NCBI RefSeq assembly: GCF_963921235.1
Contig: NC_086097.1
Location: 41,356,001-41,420,000, forward strand
Length of the DNA stretch: 64,000 nucleotides
Source: Mobula hypostoma
Lineage: Eukaryota
Direction of reading: 5' to 3'
Below, piece by piece: positions 47,180 to 60,450 of this stretch; position 1 is the stretch's first letter, and each line of letters starts with the position of its first letter. A program made the position numbers and the translations under genes. The notes under the pieces were generated by a model. It was not told where the DNA came from. It saw only the letters and a list, made by a program, of their open reading frames with translations, and did not search any database.

Positions 47180-49200
47180 CCACCTCCTTAATCAAGAAAG
47201 CAGAGTAGCGTGTCCAGTTCCTGAGGAGACTGAGGCAAATGAGGCTTGGCCTCCCCCCATAATAACCAATTTTTACAGGAGCACCACTGAGAGTGTCCTG
47301 ACCAGCTGCATCACCATCTGGTATGGGAATTGCAAGATATCTGACTGCAAGACCCTACAAAAGTTTGTGAGGACTACTGAGAGGATCATCAGGGTCTCTC
47401 TTCCACCCATTCAAGATACTTATCACGAGTGCTGCATATGCAGGGCCCTTAGCATTTTCAAGGATCAACCCATGTAAATCTGCAGGGTCTGATAAGCTAC
47501 CTTTACAGGTGCTACGGGACTGTGCAGCCCAGTTAACAGAGGTTCTATCAGACATCTTCAACATCTCTCTGGGACCGTCCTCTATCTTCGCAAGCTTCAA
47601 GGCCGAGTGACAAGAGGACGACAGTACCTGTCTTAATGGCTATCATCCAGTGGCACTGACTTCAACAATAATGAAGTGCTTTTGAGCGACTAGTTATGGA
47701 ATTCATCAAATCCCATCTTCCAGCTACATTGGACCCTTTCAGTTTGGTTGTTGCCCAGATCGGTCCACTGAAGCTGCCGTAGCCTCTGCATTTCACTCAG
47801 CCCTGTCCCAACTGGGCAATGGTTCCTCATACACTAGGATGCCATTTATCCACTTAAGCTTGGCATTTTATATGATTATCCTCAAATGCTGGTGGATAAA
47901 CTGTCCTTATTGTGTCTCAGCACCTCTCTCTATAACTGGATCTTGGACTTCTTGACAGAAAGACCACAGTCAGTCCGTGTTGGCAGCAACATCTCACTGA
48001 GCCCCTCTGCCCCCCGAAGCTGGGAGCTCAGCTAGCTGCTATTCACACTGCTTTTACATGACTGTCAATCAAATGATGAGGTTCGCTGATGACACAATCA
48101 GTGGTTGGCCTCACCCACAACTGTGACGAGACGGTGTATAGAGAGGTGGTAGAGTGGCTGGTAGAAGAGTGCAAGTCCCACAACTGGAGTCTGATCACAG
48201 ACAAGACTACAGAGATGATTGTGGTCTTTAGGAATGTGCAGGCTGACAGCTCCTCACTGAACGCAAATGGCTGCTCCGTAGAAATAGTTAGGAGCACCAA
48301 GTTTCTGGAACTGCTCATAACAGGTGATCTCAGCTGGTCTCTTAGCACCATTTCTCTAGTCCAGAAAGCACAGCAGTGTCTCCACTTCCTGAAGAGACTG
48401 AGGCAAGCGAGGCCCCCCACCTCCAGATTCTACCCATTTTCTACAATTGAATGTGTGCTGACCAGCTGCATCACCATCTGGTACGGGAATTGCAAGGCAT
48501 CTGAGCACAAGACCCTATAAAAGGATTGCAAGACTGCTGAGGGGATCATCAGAGTAGCTGTTCCACCATCAGAGATATTTACCAGGAATGCTGCATACAC
48601 AGAACCCTTAGCATTATCAGTGATCCCTTCCATCCATCCAACAACCTCTTTGACCCACTACCGTCAGGCAGGAGGTATCATGGCATTAGGACAAGAACTG
48701 TTAGGATGGGAAACAGACATGACTCTACTGAAGTCCCTACAACCATCCAGGTCTCATCACACATGAAAAACCTGGAGCATTATACTGTTTACTTTTTTAA
48801 ATTTGTGTCATAAATGCACTTTATTATTTGTTAATTTATTTGTAGTAATATTGTTTGTGAGTTATTATATACTGCTTTGTGCACCTTGTGTACTTAATAG
48901 TTCAGTAATATTTGAGTCATATTGTAAAAACATTGATTAAGCATTCGTTGTTATTTACATAATTCATTACAGGTTATATATAGAAGTTCATGCATGCGCA
49001 TGTCATTACGCCACCCCATCATATCTGCATGCCTCACTAAATTAAAACTAAACTTACATGAGTTACCCCCAGCTCATGTGTTTTTCTTTCAATTAGTTTT
49101 ATGTTTTGGAGTTACAAAACGTAACAGCTTGGCCCAGTGAAACAATGTTTCGGTTGGTGGTATACATGTATATGGTTGATTGACAATAAATGAACTTGAA
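47180..49200 (+). mobile_element. Two tandem Rex1/Babar fragments of one subfamily (~47180-47475 and ~47476-49200)
   Basis: ACCAGCTGCATCACCATCTGGTAYGGGAATTGCAAG occurs at 47301 and 48461; the second copy has ALTSTIMKC and RFADDT remnants and an AATAAATGAACTTGAA end. Confidence 0.8.
48889..49126. mobile_element. Solo LTR (238 bp)
   Basis: TGT...ACA termini, flanked by CCTTG (48884-48888)/GCTTG (49127-49131); interrupts a Rex 3' UTR. Confidence 0.7.
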
Positions 49201-49440
49201 GTAGAGATATTGGTGTGCCTTCTTCGTGATTGCATTAATGTGTTAGCATAGTTGTTTGGCCTCTGAGATGTTGACAGTCTGCAACTTGAAGCTGCTCACC
49301 TTTCCACAGTTGATCCCTGAGTGAGGACCGGTGTGTGTTCTCTCAACTTCCCCTTCCTGAAGTCTGCAGTAGGTTCTTTGGTCTTGCTGACGTTGCATAT
49401 GAGCTTGTTGCAAAATCGGTCAGGCAGCCAATCTATTTCA

Positions 49441-49560
49441 CTTCTATACAGTTCCTTATCACTATCTGAACTTTTATACAGTTCCTCATTATCATCTGAA
49501 CTTTTATGCAGTTCCTTATCACCATCTGAACTTTTATACAGTTCCTTATCACCATCTGAG
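49441..49560. repeat. Minisatellite, 4 x 30 bp, derived from Rex RT coding sequence
   Basis: CTTTTATACAGTTCCTTATCACCATCTGAA-like unit four times; reads (SDGDKELYKS)n on the minus strand. Confidence 0.9.
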
Positions 49561-51389
49561 ATTCTGCCAACAGTGCACCGATTGGATAAAAATACATTTC
49601 CGAGTAAACACAAATATGCAGAAGCACTTAACAACAAATCCATGTATTTTTGGCAAATGAGAGACCAAAATGATAACTCTATGCTAAAAAGGAAATTGAA
49701 GTAGAATTGGATTGGGAAATAAATTAAATGTTTGCAACAAAGACACCTTTCATATGAAATATGATATAAATAGCTGCAGCTATTTTAATGCTTGAAGTGC
49801 CTTTATAGGAAAGTAAATTGCATGGCCTGACTAAAGAGTTACTGATTGCTCTATATTTTCTCATGTTTTGTCTTAATATCTTTGTGGAGTTGCGTGCTAT
49901 TTCCATTCTGTTATACCCATGTGCATAATAACCCAGAGAAGCAGTCCTAGCTCTTCTGTTAGTTGAACTCATAAAATGAGTTAAAGTAGATTACAATGTC
50001 AGAGGATGATGGCTTTTGTAGCTTTCATCGGCTGTATATAATCTAAGTCTGATGAGATATTTTTGGCTGTTGATTCTTGTTTCAGTCCCTTGTGTAATTC
50101 CAGCCTGGAAAGATCTGAGGCTTATGACACTGATTATAAAATTGCTGTGATCTCTGAGCATTTTATTTCACCAAAACTTTTCAGTTTCTTGTTTTGCCCC
50201 AAAGAAAATAGAGGTTATTGCTCAAGAACAATTCTCTTCACTTTTTATTGGAGTTCTATAAGTGTTTTTGTTTTTCCTTTCCGTGTATTGTGCCAATGTT
50301 TGGACAGATCAATTAAATTGTGTTTTAAAATGTTGGGGTTTCTGGCTCATCAGTAGATAGGGCCATTTACTTTGTGTTGACTACATTCAAATTTGATGTC
50401 AGTTAATCAAGCATAAGGAGAGAACAGATTTTTTTTCATAAGACAGAAACTGCACAACATTGTCTTGACAATGGAATATTACCTCCAAGTTGTTCTGAGC
50501 ATCTGATGTAAATAATGAACTTGGTCAATATCAATCGCAGCAAATCTATTTCTATATACAACTAAAATGTTATGCAATATGGATCTACCAGACCTGTCAT
50601 CCATATAATGCTTCAGACAGAAGCATTTTTTGAATGCCTGACAACTTAGAAATTTTGTTACATAGTTTGGTATTTGCATGCACTGCTCTATAGTTCTAGT
50701 CTTGAAAATAGCTTATGAGAAATGAGTGGCAAGTCATTTGTCATAGTATATACAATATACTTCAAATGGAGTCATATATATTGTTATATATGTCATATAT
50801 AATGTACTTTTAAATGGGGGCTGCACTACATAGAGTGACAATTAACATAAAACACACAGGTGCCGCAAATTCTACTGTGCATATTTGCTTCAGAAATGGC
50901 TTGGTTATTGAATTCAAAAGGAATCCATTGCCAGAGTGAATCCCTGACCACTAAGTTAAAAATGACTATCTCTCATTGCTACAGCAGCATTCCATGAATT
51001 TCTCACAAATAAATTGGAATAGGTTGATCTTCAGCAGACAGTTATGCAGAGAACTGCCAGTTAACCGCAGTATGGGCCAAAATTTAGTCCTCAAATCCAG
51101 ATACGTACACTGTAAATGGAAGTCAGAAACAAGCTTCGAAAGCAGTTGGCAGCAATCTTGATTTCAGTCTCTGCCACTGGACACAGCACTGAGTCCAAGA
51201 TTAGAGTGCAGATAGAAGGCTAGATGCATTTCATGTTCACTTCCAGCTCCAACCTGTTTTATGTCAAGCTGGTTGGTGTATGTGGCATAAATCCATTGAT
51301 TTGAATAGGGTAGCCAACCATGATTGAAAAGCTAAGTTTATATTTATTTGATCTTAGTGTTCTAATGTACTTAACTGTATTTCTAATTT

Positions 51390-52035
51390 GAACATAGAAA
51401 CATAGAAAACCTGCAGCACAATACAGGCCCTTCGGCCCACAAAGCTGTGCCAAACATTTCCCTACCTTAGAACTACCTAGGCTTTATCCGTAGCCCTCTA
51501 TTTTTCTAAGCTCCATGTAGCCATCCAGGAATCTCTTAAAAGACCCTATCGTTTCAACCTTCACCACCGCCGCTGGCAGCCCATTCCACGCACTCACCAC
51601 TCTCTGCGTAAAAAAACTTACTCCTGACGTCTCCTCTGTACCTACTTCCAAGCACCTTAAAACTATGCCCTCTCGTGGCAGCCATTTCAGTCCTGGGGAA
51701 AAGCCTCTGACTATCCACACCATCAATGCCTCTCACTATCTTGTACACCTCTATCAGGTCACCTCTCATCCTCCGTCGCTCCAAGCAGAAAAGGCTGAGT
51801 TCACTCAACCTGTTCTCATAAGGCATACTCCCCAATCCAGGCAACATCCTCATAAATCTCCTCTGCACCCTTTCTATGGTTTTCACATCCTTCCTGTAGT
51901 GAGGTGACCAGAACTGAGCGCAGTACTCCAAGTGGGGTCTGACCAGGTCCTATATAGCTGTACCATTACCTCTCGGCTCTTAAACTCAATCCCACGATTG
52001 ATGAAGGCCAATGCACTGTATGCCCTCTTAACCAC
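51390..52035 (-). mobile_element. CR1 3' fragment
   Basis: EYCAQFWSPHYRKDV, ERVQRRF and FFTQRVVSAWNGLP; (CATAGAAA)n tail at ~51391-51410. Confidence 0.92.
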
Positions 52036-52654
52036 ATTTAATCTATTGTTTTTCTTCATTTCAATTATTAGATACAATTTGATCAGATTTTGATTGCCAG
52101 CGGCACTTAAAATTGTTCTTAGACCTTTTATAGCGGAGAGCTATTAATGGACTGTCAGAGCTTTAAGATTCAACACTTCATGCCAAGTCACAGCTGATAT
52201 ATCATCTCTTTTTGTGATTGACACCTGGCTGTAGTTACCAGCACCACTGGATCCACAGGACAGCAAAAAGTATGTGTAGCTGCCGGTCTAGTAGATGCAC
52301 TGAACCAATTGCCTCTTGTCATCCACTTCAAAAAGAATTCCTCTTTCTCTTCAGGATAGTCTTTGATCACTAAAGTCACCTTCCTGCATGCAGCCCTGTA
52401 CTGGGAACATACTCATTAAATGTCAGAGACACATAGCATGCACCATCCACCTACCGACAAAAGCAGCAGTTTCCATCACATACCTAGGTGAGACCGACCA
52501 TTTCAGTGCGTGCGTTCAATTGTGGAAGAATTTGTCCTTTGTCAATTTTATTTCAGCTAGCCTTTGTCGGATCAAATAATCTCTGCTCTAAACATCAGCA
52601 TGAATTGTACCTGTGAATTATTTAACAATGCAACCATTCTATGCCATTATAAAT

Positions 52655-53310
52655 ACTGAATCAGAATCAGATTTATTATCTCGAACATATGTTGTGAAAT
52701 TTGTTATTTTGCAGCCCCTGTACAGTGCAGCACATAAAATATACTATAAACTAGATTTTAAAATAAATAAGTCATACAAGAGGGCAAAAATAGTGAGGTG
52801 CTGTTCATGGGTTCATTGTCTGTTTAGAAATCCGATTGTGGAGGGGAATAAGCTGCTCCTAAAACAATGAGTGTGTGTCTTCAGGCTCCTGTACCTCCTC
52901 TTTGATCATAGTAATGAGAAGGGGGCATGTCATGGGTGGTGAGTGGTCCTTAATGCTGCATGGCCCCTTTTAAAAGTATTACTTTAAAGATGTGCTTGAT
53001 GCTGGGGAGGCAAGTGCCCATGATTCAGCTGGCTGATTCTATAACCTTCTGCAGTTTTTACTGACCCTGGGCAGTGGCCCCTCCATACCAGATGGGTGAT
53101 GCAACCAGTTAAAATGCTCTCCTCAGTACCTCTCTAGAAATTTGCCAGTCTTTGGTGATATATCGAAGATCTCACCGTTAAATGAGTGGACATCGTCATC
53201 GGATTTCGATGGACGACCAAAGAAGAAGAAGGAGGCTAAATCTCCACAAACTTGTAATGAAATGATACTGCATCAGTAGACTGGACCCAGGGTAGGTTTT
53301 CAGAGATATT
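52655..53310 (-). mobile_element. Rex1/Babar 3' fragment
   Basis: (GAATCA)n tail; GTGGTCCTTAATG (IKDH) and CCATACCAG..GTGATGCAACCAGT motifs. Confidence 0.7.
53165..53236 (+). mobile_element. ~70-bp CpG-rich insertion: stem-loop plus (GAA)n tail of an unidentified LINE/SINE
   Basis: Interrupts the Rex motif GGTGACAT..CAAATCTCC; hairpin TCGTCATCG-GATTT-CGATGGACGA (53193-53216); AAGAAGAAGAAG tail. Confidence 0.5.
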
Positions 53311-53583
53311 GTGCTGTTGAACAACTTAAACCCGGCCCACTGGGGGAGGGAGGGAGGGCTGGTAATAACATACACCTTTGGTCAGTGGAATTCAGAGAGC
53401 ATCTCTGTATCAACCACTCGGTTATACTTGACTCCTGTTTAGTTTCATCTATGTTGGGCAAGGGACACAAAGGGTATCTGAACCCACTTGAGCAGGTAAA
53501 GTGAACAACTATCTTGTTGCCTCAGTTTTTCTAAAAATTCAACCATGCTTTCTAAATACACATATTGACAATCTAATCTAATC

Positions 53584-53970
53584 AAGAAGATGGTGCCAGT
53601 GAACAACGCGACCATGGGCGACATCCTACAGACGGTTCATGAGACAACTTCTTTCATGTCCTTTTCTTTCAAATGTGGTTCCACTACTGTTGGAGCCTGT
53701 GATTTACATTCTGCTGGTGTGTCTTTGGGTCGATTGAGCGATCTGCTATCGCCAAGGGTTTTCCATGAGATTTCAAGTGAATTGTGTAGCCTTCAGGCCA
53801 AGAAGCCTGGAGACAAGGCGCGAGCCCATTATCGACTCTATTTCTCACTTATTAAAGTGCCGGGAAGACTGAAATGATCGAGGCGGGTACAGAGGGCAAG
53901 TGTGTGTTAGCGCCATCTACCAGCCTCTCACCCATTGCTGCCAGAGGAAGATGTCTGTTTGTGACAGAGT

Positions 53971-53972
<2 letters not shown>
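53584..53972 (+). mobile_element. Probable 5' part of another AAGATGG-initiated non-coding element
   Basis: AAGAAGATGGTGCCAGTGAACAACGCG start; CpG-rich relative to its flanks; runs into a CT tract. Confidence 0.4.
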
Positions 53973-54021
<49 letters not shown>

Positions 54022-54271
54022 CTCTCCCTCTCTCTCCTCTCCCCCTCTCCCTCTCTCTCCTCTCCCCCTCTCTCTCCTCCTTCCCTCTCTCTCTCCTCCC
54101 CCTCTCTCTCTCCTCCTTCCCTCTCTCTCTCCTCCCCCTCTCTCTCCTCCCCCTCTCTCTCCTCCCCCTCTCTCTCTCCTCCCCCTCTCTCTCTCCTCCC
54201 CCCTCTCTCTCTCCTCCCCCCTCTCTCTCTTCCCCCCTCTCTCTCTGTCTCTCCTCTCCCTCTCTCTCTCT
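53973..54271. repeat. ~300-bp compound (CT)n/CCT polypyrimidine tract
   Basis: Almost exclusively C/T on +, with recurring CTCTCTCTCCTCCCCC units. Confidence 0.97.
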
Positions 54272-55504
54272 TTATCAGAGGAAGGATGATGGCTTTTGCA
54301 TGGATTTTATCCCATTATTTCTCATCAGCTGTTTGAATGATGCTCTTTTAATATCTATAGTAACAGCATTTCTTCCTTCACTGTGATTATGCTACGCACG
54401 TGCCTGCAAGTGCACTGTCAAATGCATTAGAAATGTCACCCAGATGCCATTTAGGGATTGTCCTGAGACTCAGGGTGTTACAACAGGGAAAAAGGAAGTT
54501 TTATTCAAGCTGTGAACATGCATGGAATGGAGGGATGTGGATTATATCCAGGTAGGTAGGTTTAATTTTAATTTACAGGTGAAAGGACCTGTTCCTGGGC
54601 TGTCCTGTTCTGTTTGGTGTCGCGATGGTGCCCAAAATGGGAAGTGGCTCAATTCTTTTGAACAAATGTTACTGAGGTAAATGTAAAATGAAAAGTAATA
54701 TCGGCTATAAAAAATCATACAGAGTGATTGAAATTTGTGCTTCACCAGATTTACCACAATGTGGCAGAGACTGGAAGAAGGCATTATGGCAGGTTGAATA
54801 ATATCACCCCTGGCCTTCACAGTGGCCATGGAGGTCATTATCAGGGCTTCAAGATGGGTGTTAGGCGGTGAAAGAACAAGTGCTGGACGTTGTCTCCCCT
54901 CACCTTCCCCCTAGGGGGTACATGGACAATATAACAACACTGACCACTACTGCAGCATGCACCAAGCAACTACATGGGAAGCTGCAGGGAAGCATCAAGT
55001 GGGCCAAACAAAAATTAAAGCCAGCATAGTCAAGGGAAGGCTGAAAGTCATAAAGTTCTTCATCAGTGATGACCCAATTCCAACAGTGTCAGCAAAATTC
55101 CTCTCCTAGGCTTCAAGATAGCATCAAGAGAGTGGGAGGACACAACAGGGGGTGATTCTGGGACACCAGAAGTCATCGCCGAGCCCTCTGGAGATCTAGT
55201 GGGTTAATTGATGAAACATCAAGGAAGGAGGGTGCCCACTTGAAAACCCCTGCGTGTCAACCCTGTGCCACTTCCGACATCAAGGCAGTCTTGAGCAAGT
55301 GCTCATGAACCTTTGGCATGAGGGATATGAACATCTAATCCCATGTTTTTTGATTTTTTTTTCTGAGGTAAATGTAAAATGAAAAATTATATTGGTTACA
55401 AAAACACCATACAGAGTGGCAGAAAATTGCTTTTGGTCAAATTCATAAACAAACATTATAGTAGGCTAGGCCATAGGAAATCATAGCTCCTTGGTGTTAC
55501 CATT

Positions 55505-56195
55505 TCAAAGGATCTGTCCTGGGTCCAGAAGGTAAATGCCATTGTGAAGAAAGCACGGCAGCACCTTTACTTTCTTACAATCTTGTGAAGATTTGGCATA
55601 TCATCTAAAACTTGGGAAAACTGCAATACATGTGTGATGGAGAGTATATAGGCTGGCTGCATCATGACCTCGTATGGAAACACCAGTGCGCTCATACAGA
55701 AAGTAGTGGATATGGCTCAGTCCATCCCAGTAGAGCCCTCCCAACCATTGATTACATCTACCCGGAGTACCGTTGCATGAAAACAGCATCTATCATCAAG
55801 GACCCCTGGCATCCAGGCCATGCTGCTTTCTCGCTGCTACCATCAGGAAGAAGGTACCCCTCTGCCATCAGACTTTTGAACCAGAGGGGATAACTTCACT
55901 CACCGCCCATCACTGAGCTGTTCTCTCAACCTATGGACTCACCTTCAAGGACTCTTCATCTCATATTCTTGGTATTATTTATTTATTTAATATTATGTCC
56001 TTTTTTTCCCTTCTCTTTATTTTTGTACTTGCACAGTTTTTTTTCCACATTGGTTGTTGTCCACCCTGTTGGTGTATTCTTTGATTGATTTTATTACAGT
56101 TATTGGGTTTATTGAGTATGCTCACAAGAAAATGAATCTCAGGTTTGTATATGGTGACATCTGCACTTTAACAATAAATTTACTTTGAACTTTGA
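55505..56195 (+). mobile_element. Rex1/Babar 3' fragment
   Basis: KKARQHLYFL and ASIIKDPWHPGHAAFSLLPSGRRY; AATAAATTTACTTTGAACTTTGAA tail. Confidence 0.85.
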
Positions 56196-58099
56196 AGTTT
56201 AGTTCCATTAACTTTGAAGGTACAGGATTTTGAGAGTAGAGTACAAAACACCTGTTCTACTATATCTCAGATTCTGTTCGTGTTTGTGGAGACAAATTCA
56301 TAAACTAATAAAATACTATCTTTAACATTGTTGGTGGGTTCTCCCAATTCATGGAACTTCATTTTCTTAAATTCTAATTGGAACCTTCTAATGCACAAGT
56401 CTGATCATTTTCCTTTACAGTAATGTTGCTTTGTTAGTAAAAACCAAAATATATTGTTCACCAATTAAGTGTTTGTCTCATAGAGAGATTGCCTAAAATG
56501 TTGCTGTCTTCTGAGAAAATCAGGCAAACTAGAATAGAGCAAAAGGAAGAGAATGAAAGTTACCTCAGCTCTGGCTGACTGAGAAAAGTGCTCAGTTCCG
56601 TCTAGGTGATATCATGTTAAACTTATCCAGGACAAAAGTACTCAATATCAAGGAAAGCTTTTCTTCAAGTAACATACTTCCTATTTAAATTCACTTAGGA
56701 AAATTCAATGTACAGTGTGCATTGTGGATAGTGTAAGCTAATGAAGGAAATGAAAATTATTAAAGATATAACACAATGTTATTTCTAATTAATTTCTATT
56801 GAGCTATTATGCTGCTTGAATTTGTGCATTATCTAATCACGAATAACACTGAATTATTACTTGTGCATAGTTGTATTGTCTGTTCTAGATCTACAGCTGA
56901 AATTAAAGCAAGTATTCCTTTTGTATTTTTTAGTGAATCTGGTCCTTAACACCATTAGAGTGACATAGACTAATACAGTATGTAACCAGGCCCTTCAGCC
57001 CAACTCACCAATGCTGACCATGGTGCCAACCAGACAAGTCTTATTGCTTTATTTCACCCATGTCAATCTAAGGTCCTCCCATTCATGTGCTTATCCAATT
57101 GTATCTGCTCCACCCACTTTCTCTGGCAGCTCATTCCATACCCTTTGCCCTACATGCCCCTTTTAAATCTTGCACTTCTCACATTTAGCCTGTGTCCTCT
57201 AGATTTTAGTTCCCTGTGCCTGGGAAAAGAACGATGGGCATTCCAACTATTTATGCCCCAGTACATTATATTGGAGCAATCAAGGCTCACTTTTGACATC
57301 ACTCTTTTCTTAACTTCGCTCAACATTTCAACTACATGGGCAAACACCAAACCTGGCTGGTACATCCATTCATTCTATTGAAATATGTTAAATGGAGATT
57401 GGCCTTATTACCTGCTTCACCTTAGTGGGAAAACCTGCTCAATCATTAGCTTAAATTGAAAACCTTGTATTGAATTGAGGGCTCAGAAATTTTACAAGAT
57501 TTATCTCCTCATCAAGGTAACATACTATATACACAGAGAACAGAATATTTCCACTATCAACATCAGATAATCCCATTTTAGACACACAAACAAAACTTTT
57601 TATTAGAAACAACTACCTGCCACGTGTAAAGCTATTTTTTTAAGTTCACCCATGCTCAATTGACCTCCATATCTGCACTACTATGACGTACCAAAAGCAA
57701 CAACCAAAAGGAGACTTCAATTCCAACATTTGAGCCTTAATATCTCAGATCGCCAAATGTGGCTCATCTATGCCCATAGATTTTCATTGCTATGGATTTA
57801 TTCTCTTTGCTATCTAGAGTTTGCGGATTCCATTTCACACATTATTACCAGTGCATTCGGGGTAAATTAAATGATATATACAATTAAGTTGTGGGGCTAC
57901 AGATTGAATTCAGTTTTATTTTCATGGCCCGAATATTGTCTGACTTCTTTATTCATTTGCAGAAAATAAATTGTCATTCTCAATGCCAGTTTGGTGGGGT
58001 AGGGAGTTGGTATGGATTGGCAAGAAACACTGGTACCTCCGCCTGTCCGCATAGAAACCCTAATCTTTGCCTTTGTTAACTCTAAATGAAATATTCAAA

Positions 58100-58560
58100 T
58101 ATTCTCTTTGTTGGCCTTCCACCTTGCATTCTCTCTAATCCTAAACTCATCAAAAACTTTGCTATCCGTGTCTTAGCTCAATAGTTCCCATTTACCCATC
58201 ACTTGACCTTCATTAAACCCAAGCAAATAAGCACCTCAGTTTTCATCATCCTAATTTTTAATCCCTTCATGACCTTTCGATCTTAGAGTGTCCATAAATC
58301 TCTTCCAGCACCCCAAGAGCTCTGAAATATCTCTGCTCTCTGATTCATCATCCCTGATTATAATCTCTTCACCATTGGTGTCTGATTCATAGCCCTCACT
58401 TTAAGATGCTCCTTAAATCTAATCCCTTTGACCAAGTTTTTGGTTGTCTTGTTCCACTAATGTCTCCTAAAGTGCCATGCTCTGTTTGATAATTCTCCTG
58501 AGAAGTACTTTAATATTTTAGCAAGTTCAAGATGCAATATAACTATAGCTTTTATTGTTT
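58100..58560 (+). mobile_element. Old L2-type 3' end
   Basis: CTTTAAGATGCTCCTTAAATCTAATCCCTTTGACCAAGTTTTTGG, similar to 35810-35850. Confidence 0.5.
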
Positions 58561-59824
58561 TTCTTGTAATGTGTTTGTAGTGTAGCATGAGTTCAGGATT
58601 GAAGTATGTTACGTTGACTCTGATCAGCAAGAGAGAAATTGCACTGTACAGTTCCATTTATAGCATTCTATTTGCTGCCCAATCAATTAGTATCTCATGT
58701 TACTGTATATCAAGAGGCACTAGTTTAAAGTAAAATATATTGCATTTTGGAATGATGTCTGGATTAAAATACCTGCCAGAGCCTGTAATGGTGTTCATCA
58801 AGCAAGATTATTGATTCTAGGAATGGAAATTAAATTCAGAAGAACTCACTTTCTCCTCATTTTTTCCTGCACTGACAATTAAATGCTATAATGTTTTATG
58901 TCACAAGTCTGCCTTTTTAGCTGCTGAAATATTGAACTGGGTTTTCATAACTTAATTGGTTTTTATAGTCATACAGTATATATTGTAGATTTAAGATATA
59001 CCAAGAGGTGACTGTTCACATTTCACACAAGTTCCAATTTTCAGTTTAATTATAATGAATGCTTATAATTAGTAAATGGAGCTTAGGAAATGAAAGTCTA
59101 TTGTGTTTCAAGAAGAATTTGGTTTAAATAGGTATTTAAAACGTTCTTTCAGTGTATGCGAAATACTAAGTAATGTAATACATGAAAGATACTCTTTCTG
59201 AGTTGATTTCATCACTAGAGTCATGGTGGGCACCCACAGAACTGTGGATTGTGATTCTTGTGCCTCCTGGACAACCCCAGGCTTGCACGTGTCAAATACA
59301 AGAGCTCAGGTTCTGGATTTCAGAGCTTAAGCAACACAACAATTGGTGTCACCATGATCCAACTGCAAGGCCTGGGTTTTGTGTATAGCTTGTGTCGGAA
59401 GGTGGTTGTCCTGCTGCTCAAGTGGGAGGTGACTGCCAGACAGACGAAACGGAAAAGGCAGGCAGTTCAGGACAACCTCGAGGGCTTCTCACTCTCATTT
59501 TTCAGTTCTGAGTATTGATAACAAAGCGGATTTGCCTGGGAGTACTGCAGAGTCAAGGCCCTGTTATACAGGAAGGATGAGAGGAAGCTAAGAGAGCAAA
59601 GGTAATTATAGTTTGGAAGCAGCCAATTGTTTTTGTAAAAGCAAACGTGATTCCAAGATGGCATGTGGTATCCCTGGTGTCAGTGTTTATAAATATATAT
59701 TTTGAGCAATTGGAAATTCTGGAGAAGTAGTTAGATATTGTGCTCCATATTGATACTGATAATGTTAGTACCTCGATAAAAGGATAAAATCCTGCAGGCA
59801 GATTTTAGGAGGTTAGGAAAGAGA

Positions 59825-60450
59825 CTGAAACATAAAATAGTTCAGCGCAGGAACAGGTCTTTTAACCCATGATAAATTAAGATAAATCTCTTCTGCCTGT
59901 TCGTCCATCCCTTGCCTTCTAAATGCCACTGTCATATCTGATCCCAGCACTACCCCTGGCTGGCTGCCTGTTTCAGGTATTTCCCACACTCTGTGTAAAT
60001 AAAAAAAAAATCCCCACACGTCTCCCTTAAATTTTCCCCCTCTCTGCTTAAATGCATATCCTCTGGTATTGATATTCTACCTTGGGGGGTGGGGGGAACT
60101 GATTGTCTACCCTATCTATGTCTGTCATATTGTAATTTTATAAATGTCTTTTAGGTGTCCCCCCAAACTCGAATGCTCCGGAGAAAACAAGCCAACTCAC
60201 TCACGTACTCTAATCTAGACAGCATCCTTATAAAGCTCTTCTGTATCCTTTCCAAAGCTTTCACGTGCTTCCTGCAATGGGGTGACCAGAAATACAGACA
60301 AAGCTCCAAGTGCGGGTTAACCACAGTTTTAAGTAGCTGCAATGTGATTTCTTTACTCTTATACTCAGTGCCCCGGCCAGTGAAGGCAGGCGTGCAATAC
60401 ACCTTCGTCAGCACCCTGTCTTCCTGTGTGCTGTGGACTTGGGCCCCGAG
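59825..60450 (-). mobile_element. CR1 3' fragment nested in the older CR1
   Basis: KTVVNPHLELCLYFWSPHCRKHVKALERIQK in ORF 60151-60474. Confidence 0.8.

Larger units (their letters stand above)
46880..49580 (-). mobile_element. Rex1/Babar fragment split by + strand Rex copies (pieces ~46880-47170 and ~49200-49580)
   Basis: TAGAAATTTGTAAGTGTCTGGTGACATTCCAAATCTCCTCAAACT on the left; VGRISDGD..YRSEI..NVSKTKE on the right. Confidence 0.7.

Noticed and set aside
49441..49560. Regular 30-bp repeats resembling a CRISPR array
   Set aside because: No spacers, eukaryotic context, and derived from Rex RT sequence.
53874..54386. 170-aa and 129-aa Leu/Ser/Pro-rich ORFs
   Set aside because: Translation of the CT microsatellite, which has no stop codons.
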